Source: Nemertoderma westbladi (Eukaryota > Animalia > Xenacoelomorpha). From it: a stretch of DNA of 64,000 bases. Under the pieces are notes generated by a model. That model did no database searches and was not told the DNA's origin. It saw only the letters and a program-made list of their open reading frames with translations. Positions 41,201-50,200 of the stretch are shown here, piece after piece (within the stretch, counting starts at the first letter, position 1; each line of letters starts with the position of its first letter). The stretch covers positions 23,758 to 87,757 of the forward strand of contig JAUCBJ010005433.1 of assembly GCA_032718475.1 (NCBI GenBank), read 5' to 3'. Made by a program: the position numbers and the translations under genes.

Positions 41201-44200
41201 GATTACCCGAACTTAGTTGAGGCACCTGACGCGATCCGTCCCTTATTGCAGCGACTGGTTCGGGTTGTCAGCGCAGATCGGATCGCCTATTGGAATCAGT
41301 GCGTAGATAAGCGTTGGGCCAATGAGTTTGTTGACTCGATGCTTCAGGATTACTACGACCGCCTCTACCAACATTCTCAGGAGAAAAATTGCAACGTTGG
41401 TGTGAAGAAACGTACAGTGAGTCTGGATAAGATTAATGCTGATCATATTGATAATAAACTTCAGGAGATATTGAATGAAGATTGCTAATTATTAATTATT
41501 ACGAAAATAATAATTGTAGGCTTATGTAAATTAAAATTTTGAATTGTGATTGAAATTATTAGTAATTATTTTGTTTTAATTTTAATTTTTGTTGAAATGG
41601 ATAACAACAATATTCAACGTGGGAGGTGTGTTATATTGGAGAAGGAAGGCGATAAAGGTTCGTCGCTCAAGCCATTTACGATACCGGTGTCGGCAGGCGA
41701 ACGCGATACCGTTAGATTCGATAAGTTTCGGTTCAGTATCGCATCCATCATCGGCCAACCGTTGGGGTCGCGTTTCCAGCTGGATGATAAATCTACAGAG
41801 GGGCGGGGATCGACGGTTTTACAGCGGTGGATACCGTCCCGGACACCGGTAGAGATAGAGGGTCACGGTGACGGCGTGGGTAGCGATAACAGAAGTCTTA
41901 TAGACGATAGCACGGCCCAGAGGCTAGATGAGTCCGATATACAACGAATGAAGAATGACGGAGTGTCTGGGGGGGCGATTGTAGCGAGTCTCATAGAAGG
42001 TAGCGCCACATTCGCAGGGAAAACTAAGTTCTCGCAGGAGAAATACGTAAAAAAGAAACGGAAGAAGCATGACGTCATATTGACTGTTAGTAAACCGACG
42101 TTGCGGTCGGTCGCTCGACTCGCATTCCAACGCAATATGATCAACCACGGGTTCGCATTGCGATCCGATTCGCTCGCTTTGCTACTGACCAGCGCCGATC
42201 TCCACTCCGGCTGTCGGGTTCTCTTCCACGAGACGTGCCAGGGAGTGCTGACTGCTGGGGTTGTCCAGCACCTCGCTGGGAACGGTCTCGCAGTCGGGCT
42301 CTACCAGAGCACCTCACCAAACTCCTATGTGTCCTTGCAGTATATGAACTTCTCAGAGGAATGTTCTAGAACACTGGTGCCGCTCACATTCGAGGATGTG
42401 AGAGGAATAAAGAATCATTTAAAAAATAAAACGGGAGAAACTCAGGGGGTTAACGAAGTTCCAATGGTCGAAGATGATGTTAGTATTAATATAAATGTTG
42501 AGGAGCCATTGGATAAGAAGATGAAAATTGATGATTCTGAAGGATTGATAAGTTCTGCAATGGAAGTGGCCCCGAAGGAGGCAGTGAACGGAGATAACCT
42601 TAGGAAATCTATTCGAGATAACAAGCAGGTCATGTCCACCTTCGAGAAGGGAGATTTCGATTGCGTTATCATAGCGACACGTTTAGCCCCTGGACCAATA
42701 CTGGCCGCGTGTCTGCCGTACCTGCGTGCCTCACGTACGTTCGCTGTGTATTCCGAGGTACCGAGTGCTATACTCGAGTGTTGGGACATCGCTAAGTCTG
42801 CAGGGGCCATCAACCTAAAGGTTGAACGGACCTGGTTGAGGGACTACCAGGTGCTGGAAGATCGGACCCATCCTGTTGTCACTATGACTTCCAATGCATT
42901 TAGGTTTATACTTACTGGACATACTGTACACAATGAATAACAATATTATATTTCTTAGTGTTTTTGGACAGTCATCATTTATTAGCGTGTGAATGAAATA
43001 TTAAAGAAATTTGAGGTGACTCACATAGGACGTCTGAATAAATACCGTATTTTTGCAATCGAACTTGTTCCCAAAATCGATAAATTGGCATATTCGGGAG
43101 ATTAGTACCGATAATTTTCTACCTACTTGGATTTGTGTCAATAAATATGTAATTCATTATTATTACAGATTTAATCAGTTTTTGTTTTAGGTCGGTTTTC
43201 AATTTGTCTGTCTACATTTTCAGGATCAATGCAAATATTTGCGGTAATTTTGTGAACTATCCGTCTGTCGCTTGTTTATTTCTTTGTCCGTCCGAACAGC
43301 AAAAATTATTGATCCCATAGGTTCTAGCCACATTAAAAATCAGAAGCTGCTGAGAATGTGCTACTGCTATTGTGTGATATAACAACATATGACTCAAAGT
43401 GGGCATGCGCACCGGTACAGGTATATCGTATTGTAGTAAGTGCTGAATGCGCACCGGTGCTCATGTGACGTCAGTTGACGCCATAGAAACCAAATAGGGA
43501 TGCGGCAGAGGGACATAGCTCCGACTCCGGAGCTCCGGGCCAATTTTCTAGTTCCACCTCTGGTTCCGGCTCCGGTCAAATTAACCCGGAGCAAAACCGG
43601 AGCTTATGTTGTTTAAATTCGAATTAAAATAATAAGTTTTTCTGATGTATGAATAATGTAAATGTCATAGTAATTAACATAATAACTCATTAAGTAATTT
43701 ACAGCTTGTTTTTTTACGTTTCCTGATAACCCCCACCCCCCTTGTGAAATTGTTTAAATGTTTGGACAAAAACATTAAAATGATTCAATTCAGTTAATTA
43801 AATTAATATTCTTCCCTAATTAAACAATCTTAAATACATGTACTATCGTTTCGTTCGTCAGTCTAGAACACCCATTCCACTGACCCCCCCCCCCCCCCCC
43901 CTCCCTTTCCCCCTTCCCGAACAGGCTGGTACTGTTCATTTGTATAAAATAATCAGTTTGAATACTTATAATTCTAGAACTATTTTATATTATAGAACTA
44001 TTTGTTTATTACATTTATGTAATAATAATTTTAATAGTTATACAATATTCGTGTGCGGAGATTGTAATGGACCCTCTAAACAGTTGTGATATATCCAAAT
44101 TACTAATATTATTTTAGATATCCGGTTTATGCCAGCCTACGCACGTAAGGTAGGTGGTACATGTTTTATCGTTTATCAATGACAATATAATGAAAACTGC

Positions 44201-47200
44201 ACCAACTCCTGGAAATTAATTACACAATGTCCCATAAAAATAGTGTCGATGATAAGTTGACAACAAACCTAAGTTACTGATAGTCTAGTCGTAAGAAATA
44301 AATATAACAGAGTTTGCGTAATCAGTGTGAACTGAAAAGTCTAAAACATTACAGTACATTTTAGCCCATTGAACACCAGATAATGGAGTCTTTGGACGCA
44401 ATCAAAATGCAATCCTCTCCAGGAGAAAATCGACGCAAATAACTGAAAAAAACTCCCAAAAATAAAACTGTAACCTGTTCTATTGAATAGGCCATATAGT
44501 TTTGATTAGAATAGAATAGCATGCGACTGTAAACTGCTCATTTCTCTTAATTGATAATTTAACATTGAGGCGAGATATTCAGTCGCCGAGTAAGAATTTG
44601 CATCAAATCCATCCATTCCCCCCCCCCTGTCTCATGACCACATATCTGTCTATGTCTACTATAATAATACACTTGAATTATCAATCACAAAACCTCCGGC
44701 TCCGTCTCCGGCCGGAGCTCATATTGTAACCCGGAGGAACCTCCGGATGAAATTTTAGCTCTGTCGCATCCCTAAAACCAAATATGATGTAAGTTTTTTT
44801 TTAATAAAAAATGACTCATTACATCACTATAGACATCCATCCGCACTTACAGGAAAACACTGGACTTTCCCCTTCCGCATTTCAGTAAACGCTGTCACTA
44901 AGTAGCTACTACTACGATAGGGGGCATGTTGCATTGCAGCTGCATTATATATATATGTATTACATATATATTAAGAATGCTGTGCCGGCTTGTCGACAAA
45001 ATTGCACCGCCACCTCTATGACTATCCCCTATGACTTTCGCGAGATTATCCGCCAGTGTCCTTTGAGATGCGTCTCAAGAAAGTCATGGGCTGTCCACCA
45101 TGCTTATTCGCTCCATGAGGCCGCCAAAGCACATGATTATGCACTGGCTGGTCCTCACGGCGAAAAATAATGTCCTCAAAGTAATGTCCGGCAAAGCGGA
45201 GGCGGCCTTGTTCTAGTGTTAAGCTTGGATGAACCAATGAGACACCTCCAATGTTATATAGTGTCTGGTTGAACCCGGCGTAGCATTCTTGTGAATGTGC
45301 CATCAAGAGATTTGTTGTCCTCAGCAGTTAGAGCCCAGCATGGACTCCCATAGAGGAATACTGGAACTACTGCTGCTCTAAAAAATCGGACCTTAAGTTT
45401 CCGATTAATTCTATGTGACATCCAAATCCTGGAAAGCCCATTCAATGCTGCCCATGCCTTTCCCTTACATATTCGAAGGTCCTCCTCACCTGACTTCCGG
45501 ATCCATGATCCCAGGTAACAGAAGTCGTCCACTTGCTCAAGCATACCACCTGTTACGATATATGGCGTTGCACCCGAAACAGCCCATTATACAGTATAAA
45601 ATAAAATAAATTAGATAAGTGTATCTCAATATGCAATCGTAGTATAATTAGATAAGGTAAATAAAATCTACAAGTTTGGTTTATATTCATTTCATTTTAT
45701 ACAGTATGTAGCATTAAGTACGTATATTTTATAATAAAACCGCAGTGTATTTAATTACGGTGGCAAAAACCTATAAATCTAGTATACATATTTGCCGTTA
45801 TACACTATCGACTAAATATACCTAATATTTGTGCTAAATTCGCTTGTATTTCTGTATTAATCAATAATTATGCTTAATTTACGTTAGAAATACGCTTTTA
45901 ATAATTGCCAAATTAAGTTAGGGCATTTTTGATTTCCTGCTCGCTGGTTGGACGAGAGCCAAGGTGGCATCGTACGATCGTGTGATAATTTGTAAGATTG
46001 CGCCATTATTGGCCGCCATCTTTAATTTCCGTTAAATCGAGTTTCACCGTACCGGAACTTTACTGTTTTTCTGCTTGAAAATGGGACTTTGATAATTGAT
46101 TACTGCTAATGATTAATGATTTGTACGGAGCCCGGGAAGGGACATGAGAAAAATATTTTTCTAACACGAGCCTTCGTATAACTAAGACGAGCCCTCGTGT
46201 TAGCTAACACGAGCCCTCATGATAGCTCCAACGACCATTTACGTTAATATTACAAATTTGGAGTTGTTTGATTGGTTGTACAGTAGTAACATAGGAGAAC
46301 TAAATTGGAGGGAAATTAAAATTGTATATCACTAACTAAATCAGTGGTTCTTACGTTTCTGTTCAGTATAGGCCTATTATATATTTCGCGTTTCTCGTAA
46401 CGGCTGCAGGTATACTGACTTAAGTGTGAATATGAATAACGAACTTGAAACATTCATGAGAGAACGAAGCTTGGGCGAGTTTATTCCTCGGATGGTAACC
46501 GACAAGATAAGCCCAGATGTTATATTACTACCAAAAGACGTTGAACTGAAACTTTACTTACCAGCATACGGCGACCGAGTTTCTGTAAAGGCATTTTGTA
46601 GGCAGATGAACGGTACCAGTAGTTCTAATAATCCTAAACCAACCTCTGAATCGAACGCCGACTCTAATGGAAATACTGTATTGGATCGGATACGAAATAG
46701 GCTGGGAATAGCTAAAGGTTCAAAACGAATCCGAGATCAGGTTGTTAATATGAAAGGTAATACATATGCTAAGAAATCTTGCTCGAGGTTGGAGCTTGGT
46801 TGGCTTCACTACCGATTTTTTCCTCAAATTTCCCTCCAATTTAGTTCTCCTATGTTACTACTGTACAACCAATCAAACAACTCCAAATTTGTAATATTAA
46901 CGTAAATGGTCGTTAGAGCTATCATGATGACTCGTGTTAGCTAACACGAGGGCTCGTGTTAGCTACTGTAACACGAGGGCTCGTGTTAGCTCCTGTAATA
47001 CGAGGGCTCGTGTTACTAACATGATGGCTCGTGTTAGAAAAATATATTTTTCATGTCCCTTCCCGGGCTCCGTAGATTTGTGATTATTCTGATTGCATTA
47101 AAACTGCTAAAATGTGATAATTATTTCTGAACTTTACTTCTCTACTCTAAACTGTCAGACTGTTTCATGTAATTTACGCTTGTGCGGAAATAGATAACAA

Positions 47201-50200
47201 CTTTAGCATGTTGGGCTAAAGGAGACAGAGCGGGCGCACAACCGGGAAGGGCGACGGAAGAGCGAAGGATCCAATGCGCGGCAGTGCTGGCGAAGCGGAT
47301 GACTGTTAGGGTGGGTTGGTTGAAGTCGGATGACCGGGGACCGGTTAACCCAAGGTAGCGAGGGCAGGGCAATCCAGATCCTGTCTCTTTTTATTTAAGT
47401 TGTTCTGGGGGGAAAAATCATTTAGGCCTAGGTGACCTGGTTGACGCTAATTTGGTACGCTAATTCGGCATGCTAATTTGACACACTAATGCTTGATTGT
47501 TGTATTGTTGGGCGAATGTTTGGCTATTTGTTGTAATGTTTTAGATGACGCTATTTTCTTGATTGTTTTCTATTTCTAAATAAATGCTCGCTTGAATTAC
47601 AGTTAGGGTGAATAATACAGTATTTAGGCTAACTCTAGTGTAACCCAGTAGCGTTACTATGTAGTTAGTTTTACAATACTGGAACATATTAATTTAGGTA
47701 GTTGGTAATCCTGTATGTTTAAATAATTGTAGTTCCTACCAGTATTTAGGGTGAATAAAATTAGTACGCAGCATAGCGGAGAGTAGTTTAGTTGTTTACA
47801 TCACGCATAACAGAACTTTGGTACAAACCCGACATATTTGTCCGTTTGTAAAAATTAAATATTCTCCGAACCAAAACTCGATTGCCTAGTGAATTGCCCC
47901 CTTTCTCTGCGAATGGTGAACAGACTGAGTGCTAAGTCACCTGCACTCGTTTTTGTAGCTTAGGAACCGGAGTCATTGTTTTGGTTGATTTGATTCGTCT
48001 TGTTTTTGCTTGATTAGCTTGATATGTGATAGCTTGATTAAACCCGTGTGTTTTGTTAGAAAACACAAACATATCAAAAGAAGGAAGATACTTAGGTATT
48101 CTCTTTACACCACCCTTAATAGCTGTAACTAATACTAACTCTATGAATAACGCCCCTGATCAGCAGAAGGAATGCGCATCGGTGCTCAGACAGAATTTTA
48201 AATCAGATTGGCTGTTTATTGGTCCGCGTTAACGGGAATGTTTGAAATGTGCACCGGTGGTGCTCATTCGTGGTTAACGTGTTAATGGTATTCAATATTA
48301 TAGCAATCAGTCCACATAATCATGTTAATAGTTAATGTTAGATACCCAGTGTAGTGTGGTTACCACCTCTGACAACTAACAAGTGTAACAACTATAAAGA
48401 GGTCGTTTTTTATTGTGTTAACTAACCCCAATCTTCTAGAGACATCTTTGCGAATGACTTGTCACGGAGTATACCAGCGTTGTTAATTACAATATCTATC
48501 CTCCCGTAAGTATCAATGGCAGTCTGTACCAATTTATATCCTTGTTCCACAGAATCTACATTATTAAGTTATATTATTTAGTTATATAATAACTTACTGA
48601 TAGTTTAGGGAGTTAAGTCAATACGTCTTCGAGCCATGATCTGGGTTGCAATTTAAACATGATATAATTATAAAAACAACATAAAAAAAAGTAAATTTCT
48701 GTGTATTTAATATTTAATGTATTTGCAAAAGAAAACTACAACCAGGACAGCAACTTATTAAAAATGGTGCAGGTACGTTTTTCAAACATTTATTATAATA
48801 ATCAGGGCAACGCCGGTTAATAATCTACTCAATTTCTACTTTTTATTACTAAAGAAACCGTAATATATTTTCGATTATATTAGTATTATTCTAGCACTAG
48901 CGCTTAATAGGATTAAGAGCATTCGTATCAAATCGATATTAATACTCGCTACGCTCCCACTTTAAAAAGCTTCACACTGTAGTCTTATAAAGTGTTAGAT
49001 TATAAGACTTGTATTATTTCTTAGTTTAGGTATTTGCTACAATGAGCATGAAATAAAATACATCAATAATTATTTGATAATAAATAATCGATTATTAAAT
49101 TGAAACTCATGTAAAAAACATGATGTTATAACCTCGCCCGTAACTAGGGACCTTCTAACAGACAAACTCACCGTAACTAGGGACATTCCGGCCGACTCAC
49201 CGTAACTAGGGACATTCCGGCCGACTCACCGTAACTATGGACATTCCGGCCGACTCACCGTAACTAGGGACCTTCCGGCCGACTCACCGTAACTAGGGAC
49301 CTTCCGGCCGACTCACCGTAACTAGGGACCTTCCGGCCGACTCACCGTAACTAGGGACCTTCCGGCCGACTCACCGTAACTAGCGACCGCTCGCCCACCG
49401 TTCCTACGTATTTCCTCGACGACCAGGTCAGCAGGCCCTCCGCTCTTTCCGTCTCCCGCACGATTGCCACCGAGGTCGTTGACCACAACATCGGCTCCAC
49501 GAGCTGCGAGTAACAACGCGTACGACTTACCCAACCCTGTAATATAATAGTAAATATTAATTAGAATTCAGTGATCACAAAACCCGATTAGTCCTTAGAT
49601 GATAGTTACTTCAGTTAGTTTATTATCATAATTAATGTTTAAAATTAAAACATACGAAGGCAGCCGGCATATCAGTCACTTTTTGGTAACCACTCGGAAT
49701 CTATATTATTAAGTTTTGGAGACTATATTAATTAAGAGTATTTGGCGTTTTAATATGATATGGAATCAAATCTGAATCGCCAGATGACTTGGTGTTGATT
49801 GACGCCGGTTGTCATGGAAACGGGAAAATAACAAAAACGCCTCCACATGAAAAAGGTAGTACAAAAGTACATGTCTAAATATGTCATAACAATTAAAATA
49901 AATTTAGGCATCGAATTAAACATCTCGGGATTATCGGTAAAAAAATCACTTTTAAAAATAACAATATGGAAAATCAATGACGTCACTCCAATTACGCCAT
50001 GGCACGGGCCGTGAGGCAGGCATAGCAGCGCCCCTGTCAGTCAACTGGGCAAATATTAAAATGAAAGAACACTTGCTAATTATAACATGAATGTTTTCGT
50101 AAATTTTTCTGCAATTTATAAAGTATATGAAATATAAAACCATATATTCTATTAAAACCCGTATATATTTAATTTTAAGTCCTTATTTAATATTCCACTC

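Noticed and set aside
40358-41488. SelU as bacterial contamination
   Set aside because: No bacterial neighbours; it is 108 bp from eukaryotic TRMT6 and inside a phase-consistent host intron. Only long reads can exclude a chimera fully.
41524-41529. Functional link between the ATG-TAA uORF before TRMT6 and the nearby DENR gene
   Set aside because: DENR acts in trans, so proximity gives no support, and ATGTAA is common in AT-rich DNA
49808-49985. X-box GTTGTCATGGAAAC and CRE TGACGTCA in intron 1
   Set aside because: Short motifs with no associated transcript evidence; could be chance or repeat-derived
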